Shown piece by piece: positions 37,398 through 47,337 of a stretch of 64,000 nt of DNA (position 1 is the first letter of the stretch; each line of letters begins with the position of its first letter). The position numbers and the translations under genes were made by a program. The notes beneath the pieces are model-generated. The model had not been told where the DNA came from. It searched no databases and saw nothing but the letters and a program-made list of their open reading frames with translations. The stretch is from the NCBI GenBank assembly GCA_037132075.1, contig JBAXPV010000012.1:31744-95743 (forward strand). The letters are read 5' to 3'. The DNA comes from Bacteroidota bacterium. GTDB taxonomy: Bacteria > Bacteroidota > Bacteroidia > Bacteroidales > CAIXZF01.

Positions 37398-40300
37398 CTA
37401 TTCAGTCGTGAAGTAGACAACCATGAACACTTTGTTATCCTTGTTTTTCTTCAGGAAGTTAAAGACTTCAGGGCTGCCTGTTTTGTCGATATGCAGTTGC
37501 CATCCGTTGTCAATATCTCCACTGATGTTCTTGAGCTTAGGCGCCAGTGTCAGCTTTTTCTTTTTCCAGTCGAGACAGCAAAAAGCCACATCCAGATTCG
37601 AGGCCATGCCAAGGCTATTCACCCAATAGGGGAACTTTTCCGGGGTCACAGTTAGATCCAGAATTTTCAATGGGTCAGTCGGGGCTGTTTTAAAGGAGTT
37701 CCAGGCTGAGGAAAAGTCTGTATTCAAAGTATAGATTTGCATAAGTGGATCTGTACGCTTGTCGGGTGTGTCTGTCGACTGCATCACGTTGTCCAGTATA
37801 TTTTGTATTGCATCGGGCTTAAGGTTGCCGGCCTCACGTGCCGTGTAACGTATGTGGAGAACCACATCGCTGATGCTATCGAAGTCGAACTGTGGGATGT
37901 CATTGGGTAATTCCAGTCGCCAATTGCTGATAGCCCCGGCCCCTTCGAAGGGGAGAAAACGAGGGTCAGCAAAGCTTAGCTCAAACAAGCCATTGTCATT
38001 GACGCCATGGCTTGTCACCACCGATTGAATCGCACCGCTGAAATCCCTGAAACGGGGATCATCACCGGTTTTCATACGTCCATACTCACCATCACCTACG
38101 ATTGAAGAGGTCCGGATACTGCTGTTCAGTAATGAAAGTTTACAGTGAATACCGGTATATGGCCCGGAACCGCTTGGAATCGAAAGTGCGACAGTCTTGA
38201 TGCGGCGCATATATTGACCCGGACTGTCAATGTCAAACAACCATTCAGGAATGCTAAGCTGACAGGAGCCGGTCACTTTTAATTTCAGCAGGGCCATTGG
38301 GTCTAGACGACTCAACTCCACATGCTTCGTCATCTCGTATTCGCGGAGGTTTTGATCGTGGTATGCAAGCTCAAGCCGTTTCAGATCCAGATAGAGTGAT
38401 TCACCGGATAAAAGTCCCTGGCGGGCACTGTCCCAGTAGCCGTATTTGATGAAATTCATTTCGTCAAAGTCGCTGCGCATCAGCTCGTGTTTCAGGGTCT
38501 GCTCGGCACGTTTGGCAAGGTCGAAGGCAAACTTGTAGGTGTCGAAATAGGTCTTCGAAAGTTCACCTTTCATCCAGTTGTAAAGATCTTCACTGGTAAA
38601 TTTACTGGTGAGAAAGTCTTCAGTTTCCTGTGACTGTTCTATCTGTTTCATCATGCTTTCATATTCTTTTTTCAGGTATTGCTCCCGAATCAGTGAAGAC
38701 ATGATCTGACGGCCATAGTCCTGGAGTTCACTGGTGGCAATATTTGCCTGAACTACATAGTCTTCAGCCCTGCGGTAGAAGTTGGCCATAAGAGAAGCCC
38801 TGTCGGCACTACCCTGAAAGGCAGCAGAGACATCCTTCAGGATCTCTGAGCCATTTTTGGCGAATTTCTCCAGCTGGACCCCGCCAAAGCCAGTCTTGAC
38901 GCCGACTCCCCAAGGGGTTACAGTCCCACCTATCTGAGGAATCATCGAGAGTATAGGTGCGGCAATCTTAAGGGCGGTGGAGAGCATACTAAAGGTATCC
39001 GAAGCCGGCAAAAAGATATTGAGCTGGGCATTCTCGTTTTTGTTGAGGGGCAGGGTTCCTCCAAGTTGCCCGCCAAAAATCTCGGTAATGACACTACCTG
39101 CAAAGGCCATGATACCACCTACTTCAGTTTCTTCGCGATAGCCTTCCCTTGCAAGTTCTCTTCCATAAATTCCGATAAGCTCATTGTGCATACTATCGAA
39201 GTTCTCTTCACTTAGGCTGACCCGGTGGAGTTCGATATTGTTGAACTGGTCGATATCTGCCTGGCTGGTCCCGAGTATTTTTTTATAATGCCGGTAACGC
39301 TCAAAGACATTTTTCCGTCCGGCACGCAAGGCCTCAGTATCGGCTTCTGCTACTTTCCAGGTCAGGAATTTGATATCACGCATCATGGTATGCACAGCAG
39401 TCTCGTGCTTTTGTTTCATGAGGGTGATGTGCTCGTTGTCCTCTTTCTCCATTGCGGTGAGGAGGTCACGTCCCATAGCCCTGAGCTCTGACACGGTTTC
39501 CAAAGCTTTCTGTACCAGCACCAGCCCGCGTATGTTCGATACTGGTTGGTTGATGTTGTTGATGATGCTGCCGATATCCATCCCGGCAGCAACGGCTTTC
39601 ACAAGCATTCCCGGATCAATAGGTGGATCAAAAAGAGGTAACTGACGGACGATACCATCAAAATTCATACAATGACGTATCTTGAACAGCCTGTCAGCAA
39701 CAGTATCCCAGTATGTCAGCAACTTGTCGTTTTGAGGGATACAGAAATACAAGGAACGCCCGATTCCAAAGATGGCAGCAGTGGCTTGTTCATCCACAGC
39801 CTGACCTGATGTCGGCATGGTGTTGAAAGGAAATTCATTTTCCATTGCTACCATGGCATTCCCGAATTTGTCGATACCGGCAACTTTAAGTTGTGCGTAA
39901 GTCAGCGGTTTCCTTTTGCCACGCGGTGGGATGGGTTGCGGCTTGGAACCCAGGATATTGGCTGCAAGCACATAGATTTGTGTCGCTTCATTCAGCGTTT
40001 CCATTGTATCCTGGCGAAAGAGGTTGTCGCCCCAGGCAATGAGATTGTCAAGGTATTTCATCACGACCCAGGTCTGGTAGGCCAGGTAGCGGCCACGGGC
40101 AATGACGTGTGGCTGGAAAGGCTTGTTACGCCAGGCTTGTATGCTTAGTTCAATTCGCTTTTTTAAGTCCGGATCTGAACCATCATCCAGGGCTTTCATC
40201 ATTTCCTGGATGAATTCCGTCTTCGTCTCCTCCCGAAACCTCAGGAACTTCCAGAAACGCTGTGGCGGATCCACGTCCATGTCAGTACATGTCGGATCAA

Positions 40301-40727
40301 AGATGTAATGAAACCACTTCTGAGCCTGGGAAAAACGCTGGTTTTTACTGAGATGAACAGCAATGGACACAGGAGCGTGAAAGAACAACTCCCAATTGTA
40401 GATGGAATAGGTTCCGTCATCACTTACGTCAATGCTTTCTCCGGGAAATTTCTTTACAAACTTTGGGTCCGGGATATAAGGTGAATTGCTTAAAGGCTCT
40501 TTGAGTTTATTCAGGAATTCCACATCAAAAAGGCCTGGCATGCCGTCATTGTTCAAGGTTTCTATAAGTTCATCCACATAAGGGTGATAATTTACTGCAA
40601 AATCATAAAAAACTTCGCGTTTTGGTTTGCGTGTTATCACCCAATGACCAGCATGGTAAAGGTTTGTGCCAGAATAGATACCCTGGTTGTGGAAATTCTC
40701 GGTCTGATTTATATTTTTCGTTTTCAT
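37398..40727 (-). CDS. Tc-toxin A-subunit-like protein, C-terminal part (A2-like: pore-forming and TcB-binding-domain-like regions)
   Basis: 1109 aa. Motifs are NWELFFHAPVSIAVHLSKNQRFSQAQKWFHYIFDP, a Gly-rich hydrophobic segment (38871..39125), and PGQYMRRIKTVALSIP...DPRFLPFEGAGAISNWRLELP...ISDVVLHIRYTAREAG. These were recognised from memory of TcA sequences, not searched. Confidence 0.7.
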   Translation of the reverse strand: MKTKNINQTENFHNQGIYSGTNLYHAGHWVITRKPKREVFYDFAVNYHPYVDELIETLNNDGMPGLFDVEFLNKLKEPLSNSPYIPDPKFVKKFPGESIDVSDDGTYSIYNWELFFHAPVSIAVHLSKNQRFSQAQKWFHYIFDPTCTDMDVDPPQRFWKFLRFREETKTEFIQEMMKALDDGSDPDLKKRIELSIQAWRNKPFQPHVIARGRYLAYQTWVVMKYLDNLIAWGDNLFRQDTMETLNEATQIYVLAANILGSKPQPIPPRGKRKPLTYAQLKVAGIDKFGNAMVAMENEFPFNTMPTSGQAVDEQATAAIFGIGRSLYFCIPQNDKLLTYWDTVADRLFKIRHCMNFDGIVRQLPLFDPPIDPGMLVKAVAAGMDIGSIINNINQPVSNIRGLVLVQKALETVSELRAMGRDLLTAMEKEDNEHITLMKQKHETAVHTMMRDIKFLTWKVAEADTEALRAGRKNVFERYRHYKKILGTSQADIDQFNNIELHRVSLSEENFDSMHNELIGIYGRELAREGYREETEVGGIMAFAGSVITEIFGGQLGGTLPLNKNENAQLNIFLPASDTFSMLSTALKIAAPILSMIPQIGGTVTPWGVGVKTGFGGVQLEKFAKNGSEILKDVSAAFQGSADRASLMANFYRRAEDYVVQANIATSELQDYGRQIMSSLIREQYLKKEYESMMKQIEQSQETEDFLTSKFTSEDLYNWMKGELSKTYFDTYKFAFDLAKRAEQTLKHELMRSDFDEMNFIKYGYWDSARQGLLSGESLYLDLKRLELAYHDQNLREYEMTKHVELSRLDPMALLKLKVTGSCQLSIPEWLFDIDSPGQYMRRIKTVALSIPSGSGPYTGIHCKLSLLNSSIRTSSIVGDGEYGRMKTGDDPRFRDFSGAIQSVVTSHGVNDNGLFELSFADPRFLPFEGAGAISNWRLELPNDIPQFDFDSISDVVLHIRYTAREAGNLKPDAIQNILDNVMQSTDTPDKRTDPLMQIYTLNTDFSSAWNSFKTAPTDPLKILDLTVTPEKFPYWVNSLGMASNLDVAFCCLDWKKKKLTLAPKLKNISGDIDNGWQLHIDKTGSPEVFNFLKKNKDNKVFMVVYFTTE

Positions 40728-40746
40728 GATGATACTTTTTTAAAGG

Positions 40747-43700
40747 TTATTGATGCTGAATATTCATGTTTGTCTTACCCCCGACTTTTCCGCCGGCATC
40801 AAACACAGCCTCGTCAAAGCCAAAGGTCATAACCGATGTCAGTACTTTGTCGATATTTGGATTCATGACATTCACAAATTCATCGACTGGGTTAATGACA
40901 GGCCCTTTTAGATCAGGAATGATAACCTCTTCCTGTAAGGGTGGAACATAAATAGGGTATTCAGTATAATCATGGATTCCGATGTCGTAATAGTCTTCAT
41001 ATTCCCATATCGCCAGGGTGTCCAGCTCTTTGGGTTTGATATAAAATGAACTGCGTTCATCTTCATAATATAACGGCGCCTCCCACTGGTTCCTGACGGG
41101 ATGTTTGGTCGGGAAAAGCCTGAATCCACCGAACTGATTCCCGTTTTGAGTGATCAGGTTCTCCAGGATGACAGGAGATTCGGCAAGAGAAGGCTGGGTG
41201 ATCTCCAGATCCAGGTGATTCGATTCAATCCTAAAGGCGTTGTAGTTGTGATAAGCCTCTACGCTGTCATTAAAATAACTTTCGAGTATCTCATCACGAA
41301 GGAAATGCTGGACATTTTCAGCAAGAAAGGTATCCTGAGCCAATGTATATACCTTGGGCGGACTGTTTTTGCTGGTGTAAACGATTTTGAACATCGCACC
41401 AACTGCAAACAAATAGTTCAGGTTGAAAATCAGCCTTTCACGTTTGTTCACGATTTCTTTGCGTGCAGTAAGAATTACTTTTTCGCGGTTGAAAAAATCA
41501 AGGCCGTCAATACGGATCGGGTCCGACAATTCAGAGGACTTGGGCGATGCCCATTTGCCTTTGTAATATTCAGCCCAACACATATTTATTTCGACATTTT
41601 TCCTGGCACTTCCGCTCCAGTCCTTGCCTTCAAGGTTGGTGAGACTACCTGGTTCAGGGCCAGCGGGTTTGACCATCACATTGAGCCAGAACAGGAACAG
41701 CCTGCTTTTCCAGATCACAGGGAAGACATGATCACCTTCGATGCTCGCTGTTACCTTCTCCCATGCAGTCCAATAGCCGAATTCATAGCGACGGTAATAG
41801 TATTGACGCGTCATGCCATTGGTACGACCAATGACATGCAGAATATCATCCTGTTGGTTCCCTTTCGGATCCTCCTGCAGGTAGGTCCCGATGATCTCAA
41901 GTTTGGCAACATCGTCGAGTTTCTTGAGGTAGTTCAGAAAAGCCGTTTCTGCCAGTTCATCATCAATGTCGGCACTGAGGAGTTCTCCTTCCAGTTCCTT
42001 GAAGAATGATGATTTCCCGTCCCTCAGTTCCGGCTCCAGCCAGTTCTCAGGATACAGGAAGACTTTACGATTTGCCTCCCAGACCCGGTAACGCTTCATC
42101 CAATCCCACTGTTGCGGGTTGATGGAGTCGGCTGAAACTTCAGGCTCAAGGTTCATCAGGCAACGCTGAATGAAAAGCTGGAGGGTAGACATTGCAGCAC
42201 GGATTCGCGAGGTCATCATACAAGCATCCATCTGAACATCGATCAGGTAATATTCATAAAGCTTATCCGCGGTGTTGATCTCGTCTGAAGGACGCTTGTA
42301 ATAAAGTATATAACTTACCAATGCATCTCTCCTCATATTTCTGAGAGGATCATTAATGCTCTGCATAGTTTCGAGCCAGGCCGCACCTTCTGTCCGTTCC
42401 TTAATCAGCTTCTTGCATTCATTGAACAGGTGGTAGTCGGGTGTTTCAGTGGACCAGCTAATTACAGAAGCTACGGGGTAATTGACTTTGTAAACAAAAT
42501 CCATAGCCGGAATCAGACTTTTCAGGAACTCAAGCTTTGAAACATCATTCAGTACATGACCAAGTTTGTTGATCACTACCATAATATCCGCCTCATCCCA
42601 GTCAGCGATACCTGCCAGCAATAGCTTACCATCCGGAGCTTTAATGTCAGGCTTTTTAAGGACCTGCAGCCATGAATTTTCTTCCGCTTCGTTATGATTT
42701 TTCAACTGGGTGAAAAATACAAGATGGTAAATTTTCTGCCAGAGTGCATGAAGATTGGGACCAGTGATTGAACCGTTGGTATCCAGTTCATTAAGAAAAT
42801 GAATTGTTTCTGAATGGTCTCCGGCAAACCAGCTGTATTCATCGGGGGTGAATTTAAAGACCTTCTGGAGAAGGGCAGCTTTTTGTAATTTGATTGTTGA
42901 TATTTCTGCAATATTGGCAGCACTTAGGTCAAAAATTCGGCTTGGTGAGATTGCCGTTTTTGCCATGCCATTGGTACGCCAAAGGATCTCTGCCTTTTGG
43001 CCTGCAGCCATCAATGATAACTCAAGACGAACCTTTATTGGAACACCTGCCTTCAGCGAAATGGTGCTGACGTTCTGGACCTCACCACTGACTCCAATGA
43101 CCGCTGCTGAAATGACGTCAGCGCCACTAATGATTAGCTTATCAACTTTTGTCCCACTGGGAGCGCTGACATAAATATTATAATTATCTGTTGCAGGAGG
43201 GTCTATATAAAAGTCATAAGCTGTATTCGCATTAAATATCGGGGTAGTCTGAAGTTCCAGAAAGTCATACAGGATATTTTTTGCCGGATTTGACCCGGCA
43301 GCCAAAACCTCCGAGCGTTCAGTCAAAGCTTGTGTAATTAAAGGCTCACATTTCATCTGACTGCTTAAAATTTGTCTCAATGCGTTGATTTTAAGCCTTA
43401 ACGCAAGATCTGGCATGATTGCTTTGATCAAGGATTCGCTCTGCCCTGCAGGGTCACTGATGGGTTTCACAGTGTCATAAACTGTCTTAAGAACAGGATA
43501 AGCTGCAGCAAAATCATCCAGGTCCTTAATTCCCGAAAGTTGTACAGCTTCAAGTGCATTTTTAATGGCTGTTTTAAGTGCATTAAGGTCTGACAGACTG
43601 TTGATTGTGCTCATGTCAGCCAGAACCAAGGCATCCGTCAGGGTTTTCAGATCAGTTTTCCCGGTATCGCTGAGATTACCGGAATAGGTTAATAATTTCC

Positions 43701-46700
43701 TCAAAGGGTCATAACCAAGGTTTGGATCTTTCTCGCCAAGCTTATTTGGGAGAAACTCTTCCAGCATGACGAGCGATGCGGAATAGATCTTACTGTTATT
43801 CAGCAAGCTGAAAAAATTGTCAACCACAGTGCTATCATAAACCATGGAGAGTTTCATCCTCGCATAGACCAGACCGGTATCTGCTGAAGCGGTTCCAAGG
43901 TCTGCATCAACGGCATTGATTGCATCTCTGATCGCTTTTATATTTTGTAAAAGCATGTCATCAGAAAGGCTAAGTTTTCCTGTCTCATCTTTGCTCCGTA
44001 GAAGATAATTCAGGTCCGCCACTTTAACAGGAATAGACTTCAGGTCATTGAAAACTTTCAGGAAACGCATTAAAGAGGGGTCTTCAGCATCCATGTCATC
44101 GGCCAATGGTTCAATGCCAGTGATTTGTGAAATATCCAGTAAATCCTGAGTCCTGATTTTTAAAATCCTGGCGAGCGCTTCAGTGCGTAGGTCCGCCGTT
44201 TTGGATTTATCCCAAATTGCAAGCCACAAAGTCATTTTCTTTTCAGAGATAGAAAGCTCTTTTATCAGACGTTTGAGATTTGCAATTCGTGCCAGTAAGA
44301 CAACAAAAGCACCGTCGATATTCGCTTCAGTAAGTTTATCAGGTGAAATGGGAAGGAAAATCTCCAGGATGGTGTTTATCGTATCAAATTTCCAGCCCAG
44401 CTTTTTCGATAAGCGAATATAGCGATGAAAGCGGTGATAGTCAATAGCGTCCAGGCCATTCTGGCAGGGTACTATCTTTGCTGTATCCGGGAGAAAATGC
44501 CGGAGCTGAACATCAGCAAAATTACATTCCACAGTCCCATTGCTAATATCGGTTAGGGTGATCAGCCGGCTGATCAGCTCTTTGTTTGAGTCTAACCAAA
44601 TCAAAACATCGCCCCCATATTCACTTTCCTTGAATCCTGCGGGAAGTTTGGCTTTGAGCACTAAACCCGTAATTGTCCCTGAATAATATGCGATAAGATC
44701 TTCAGCATCAAAACTTAGCTTCTCCAATAAGGGAACGAGAATGCTACCCGGATTGACGAAAGATGATTTCAGTATCTGTACAAGACCGGTATTGGTGATG
44801 TCGAGTCTCCTGCAGAAAATCTTGGCATTTGCCACCGAACAATTCAGGTCATCCAGCGTCGCAGCGCCAGGCTCACCAAAGTATTCAGGTAACTTATGAA
44901 TAGAGGAGTCAGTAAAAATCTGGTATTCAATTGGATTGAGTCCCAGCCATGCATTTCTGGCGGACAATGGATTTCCAAAGACTCCCAATGCTTCTTCCAG
45001 GGATGAATCAAATGCCTTAAAAATAAGCCGCATTGCTTCGAGTGGCATATCAAAGGGAAGTGTATAGGGATAGACTTTCGTTTTTGTCAGTGTATATGCA
45101 CTTTCTTCAACAAAGGCAGGATCTGCCAGCAAGTCGGCAGGGTCTGTATTTTCACTGATATCATGACCCAGAAGATTGTCAAGATTCCCATTGAGCACAT
45201 ATTGTTCCAGGATCTCGTTTACAAGGTCGATGTAGGGCAGCGGTGTGTTTGTATTTTCACAGCTTAACTGGATATTTTGAAGGTCGGGACGTCGGCCCAA
45301 AAGCACCTCGACAGGGTTTTTGCCTTCATACGATAATCCACTCAGATCGATGAATTGTAACAGGTCAACGAGATAGGCTGCCGGGCTGAGAACCGATTTG
45401 CAGTGGTCACAACTGCAATAATCCATATTTCCAAAAAGTTCTTCCAGGGTAGGAGCCGCAACGATTTCAGAATTCGGTTTTTCTGATTTTCCACTGATAC
45501 CATACACATTAGGAGAAGCACGATGCGTAAGGTAGCTGGTGACAAGGCTAAGAGCCGCACTATAAACTTCGTGTGATTTGGTATAGATTTTTTCAGCATC
45601 TTCTGAATTACCTGATAAACTCGTGTAATGTTTTGCAAAGGCTGAACGCTTTGTTTTTACAATTTCAAAAGCAGAGTTGCAGGAAGACCCCGACAAAACT
45701 GCCATCGCTTCATTGGAAGGGCTTAGCTGAAAAAGCCTTTCCACACGATTGAGCTCAGATTTTACTTCTGTATTAAGCGCTGCATAGCCTTTCCATTGCT
45801 TTATGGGTGAGATTCCCAGTGTATTGTTGCCGGCAGATTTGGTGAGGAATTGATGAATCTCTTTTTTCAATTTCTGAGGGACATTCTGTACTTCATCTTT
45901 CAAAACCATTTGCGCTGTAACTTCAGTCGGGTAGCTTAGCTGAATCATAGTCGCAAGGCCGGCAGCGTAATCCCCTGCCGACATATCCTGATGAACATCA
46001 TTCCCAATGAATTCTTTCCAGGTGGAAGCCTTATAAAAACCATTGGCAACAAGTTGCGCCGGGTCTGAGATCTTGTATTCTCCATAAAGCTTCCTGATTA
46101 GTGGAGCATTATGCTGGGTGAGATAGCCCATTTGACCATCTACCTTGAGGTGGGCCACAACTTCGGGCTTTATCCCTTTTTCAGGCAGGAGTGACCAGAA
46201 TTTTGCCATATCACCTCCTGCCTCTGTAAAACAATCAGTAAAAGTAATCTTGTCTTTTGCCTTCAGGTGCAGATCGAGCATATTGTCTAAAGTTGAGACA
46301 GCACCCGGAAATGGGTTCTTTAAGAGTGTAGTTGCGTGTATGGCTGCCTGCTTTTTCAGTGTACCAGCAATGTCGCTATCCTCCGGGATAATTTTTTCTT
46401 TAACAGCTTTCAACAATATTTTTTCAAGGCTTGCTGGTGAGATTTTCCCAAGTGAGCTTGCATTGGCCTGTATTCCGGAACGAAACATTGCATAATATTG
46501 ACAGGCATCAATTCCGGTTTCTTTACTCAGTTTTTCCGCCTGGGCTGCCATAGCCACCATGCGAGCGTCCCAGCCTGTTTTGTTTGACAACAGTGTGATG
46601 TTCTCTTTTTGTGCATTCTCTCGCAAGCCATGCAAGCCAACTTTTCCTGTCAAAGGTTTAATGTCTGCCAGCAAACGATCATATTCTACCGCCCGTGGAA

Positions 46701-47337
46701 CATCTGCCGCCCGGATTGTGACATCAATTGTCGCTTTAAGTCCGGCATTATAGCTTACAGCAGATCTGAAGATTTCAATTTTTTCATCATTGCTTTTATA
46801 AACGATGATTTGGATGTCAGGATTCAGGTTTCCTGACAGATCTCGCGGGGAATAATGAAGAAGATAATTTCCGGATTTATCACTAGAGGTAGCTCCCAGA
46901 CGAAGGTCTTTTGTGATGCCTTTTACAAATACAACAAGCCTGATATTGCTGACAGCCAAGCCTTTATCGCTAACAATTCTTCCTTTAATACTGCCTTTTG
47001 CAGATACTGCTTTAGGTAATTGGGATGTGTCAATGGTAATTAAAATTTCGACATTGCTGTTTGATACATTCCAAAGAATCTGGTCGCATGTATCAGCAAT
47101 AAGTGAGTCACCATTGAAAACCTTAAAAAAGATATCCGGTCTTCGGTCGGTGAAAAGTTCCTGATAATAATTCGATTTGAAATCGATGACAAAGCGTCCA
47201 TGGTCATCACTGACTGCGCTTCCAAGAAAATCATCAATAATCAGATCCTTATCCCAGGCCTCAACCCGGAGGCCCTGGATGATGGTCCCGGATATACTTC
47301 CGGCGACCCTTCCTGTGATTTGGTGGGGGGAATTCAT
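40747..47337 (-). CDS. Tc-toxin A-subunit-like protein, N-terminal part (A1-like: tandem beta-sandwich domains, helical shell, neuraminidase-like-domain motif)
   Basis: 2196 aa from the first in-frame ATG at 47337 (the ORF track uses a TTG at 47373, giving 2208 aa). Motif VWEANRKVFLYPENWLEPELRDGKSSFFKELE is at 42019..42084. The N-terminus has two transthyretin/CarboxypepD_reg-like units (ITGRV...GLRVEAWDKD...SDDHGRF and IKGRIVSDKG...SDKSGNY). No signal peptide. Confidence 0.7.
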   Translation of the reverse strand: MNSPHQITGRVAGSISGTIIQGLRVEAWDKDLIIDDFLGSAVSDDHGRFVIDFKSNYYQELFTDRRPDIFFKVFNGDSLIADTCDQILWNVSNSNVEILITIDTSQLPKAVSAKGSIKGRIVSDKGLAVSNIRLVVFVKGITKDLRLGATSSDKSGNYLLHYSPRDLSGNLNPDIQIIVYKSNDEKIEIFRSAVSYNAGLKATIDVTIRAADVPRAVEYDRLLADIKPLTGKVGLHGLRENAQKENITLLSNKTGWDARMVAMAAQAEKLSKETGIDACQYYAMFRSGIQANASSLGKISPASLEKILLKAVKEKIIPEDSDIAGTLKKQAAIHATTLLKNPFPGAVSTLDNMLDLHLKAKDKITFTDCFTEAGGDMAKFWSLLPEKGIKPEVVAHLKVDGQMGYLTQHNAPLIRKLYGEYKISDPAQLVANGFYKASTWKEFIGNDVHQDMSAGDYAAGLATMIQLSYPTEVTAQMVLKDEVQNVPQKLKKEIHQFLTKSAGNNTLGISPIKQWKGYAALNTEVKSELNRVERLFQLSPSNEAMAVLSGSSCNSAFEIVKTKRSAFAKHYTSLSGNSEDAEKIYTKSHEVYSAALSLVTSYLTHRASPNVYGISGKSEKPNSEIVAAPTLEELFGNMDYCSCDHCKSVLSPAAYLVDLLQFIDLSGLSYEGKNPVEVLLGRRPDLQNIQLSCENTNTPLPYIDLVNEILEQYVLNGNLDNLLGHDISENTDPADLLADPAFVEESAYTLTKTKVYPYTLPFDMPLEAMRLIFKAFDSSLEEALGVFGNPLSARNAWLGLNPIEYQIFTDSSIHKLPEYFGEPGAATLDDLNCSVANAKIFCRRLDITNTGLVQILKSSFVNPGSILVPLLEKLSFDAEDLIAYYSGTITGLVLKAKLPAGFKESEYGGDVLIWLDSNKELISRLITLTDISNGTVECNFADVQLRHFLPDTAKIVPCQNGLDAIDYHRFHRYIRLSKKLGWKFDTINTILEIFLPISPDKLTEANIDGAFVVLLARIANLKRLIKELSISEKKMTLWLAIWDKSKTADLRTEALARILKIRTQDLLDISQITGIEPLADDMDAEDPSLMRFLKVFNDLKSIPVKVADLNYLLRSKDETGKLSLSDDMLLQNIKAIRDAINAVDADLGTASADTGLVYARMKLSMVYDSTVVDNFFSLLNNSKIYSASLVMLEEFLPNKLGEKDPNLGYDPLRKLLTYSGNLSDTGKTDLKTLTDALVLADMSTINSLSDLNALKTAIKNALEAVQLSGIKDLDDFAAAYPVLKTVYDTVKPISDPAGQSESLIKAIMPDLALRLKINALRQILSSQMKCEPLITQALTERSEVLAAGSNPAKNILYDFLELQTTPIFNANTAYDFYIDPPATDNYNIYVSAPSGTKVDKLIISGADVISAAVIGVSGEVQNVSTISLKAGVPIKVRLELSLMAAGQKAEILWRTNGMAKTAISPSRIFDLSAANIAEISTIKLQKAALLQKVFKFTPDEYSWFAGDHSETIHFLNELDTNGSITGPNLHALWQKIYHLVFFTQLKNHNEAEENSWLQVLKKPDIKAPDGKLLLAGIADWDEADIMVVINKLGHVLNDVSKLEFLKSLIPAMDFVYKVNYPVASVISWSTETPDYHLFNECKKLIKERTEGAAWLETMQSINDPLRNMRRDALVSYILYYKRPSDEINTADKLYEYYLIDVQMDACMMTSRIRAAMSTLQLFIQRCLMNLEPEVSADSINPQQWDWMKRYRVWEANRKVFLYPENWLEPELRDGKSSFFKELEGELLSADIDDELAETAFLNYLKKLDDVAKLEIIGTYLQEDPKGNQQDDILHVIGRTNGMTRQYYYRRYEFGYWTAWEKVTASIEGDHVFPVIWKSRLFLFWLNVMVKPAGPEPGSLTNLEGKDWSGSARKNVEINMCWAEYYKGKWASPKSSELSDPIRIDGLDFFNREKVILTARKEIVNKRERLIFNLNYLFAVGAMFKIVYTSKNSPPKVYTLAQDTFLAENVQHFLRDEILESYFNDSVEAYHNYNAFRIESNHLDLEITQPSLAESPVILENLITQNGNQFGGFRLFPTKHPVRNQWEAPLYYEDERSSFYIKPKELDTLAIWEYEDYYDIGIHDYTEYPIYVPPLQEEVIIPDLKGPVINPVDEFVNVMNPNIDKVLTSVMTFGFDEAVFDAGGKVGGKTNMNIQHQ

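Noticed and set aside
40728-40746. A sequencing frameshift splitting a single giant TcA gene
   Set aside because: The upstream ORF ends in a clean TAA. The downstream ORF starts with an ATG 19 nt later in another frame. Natural A1/A2 splits are known in Tc systems. Read-level verification would still be worthwhile.
41101-42009. 302-aa + strand ORF, with several other 60-150-aa ORFs, inside the TcA-like genes
   Set aside because: These are shadow ORFs antisense to a much longer, motif-bearing ORF, with no start context or recognisable motifs. The same reasoning applies to 7266..7733, 6261..6659, 14290..14727, 47516..47959, 12589..12930 and similar ORFs.
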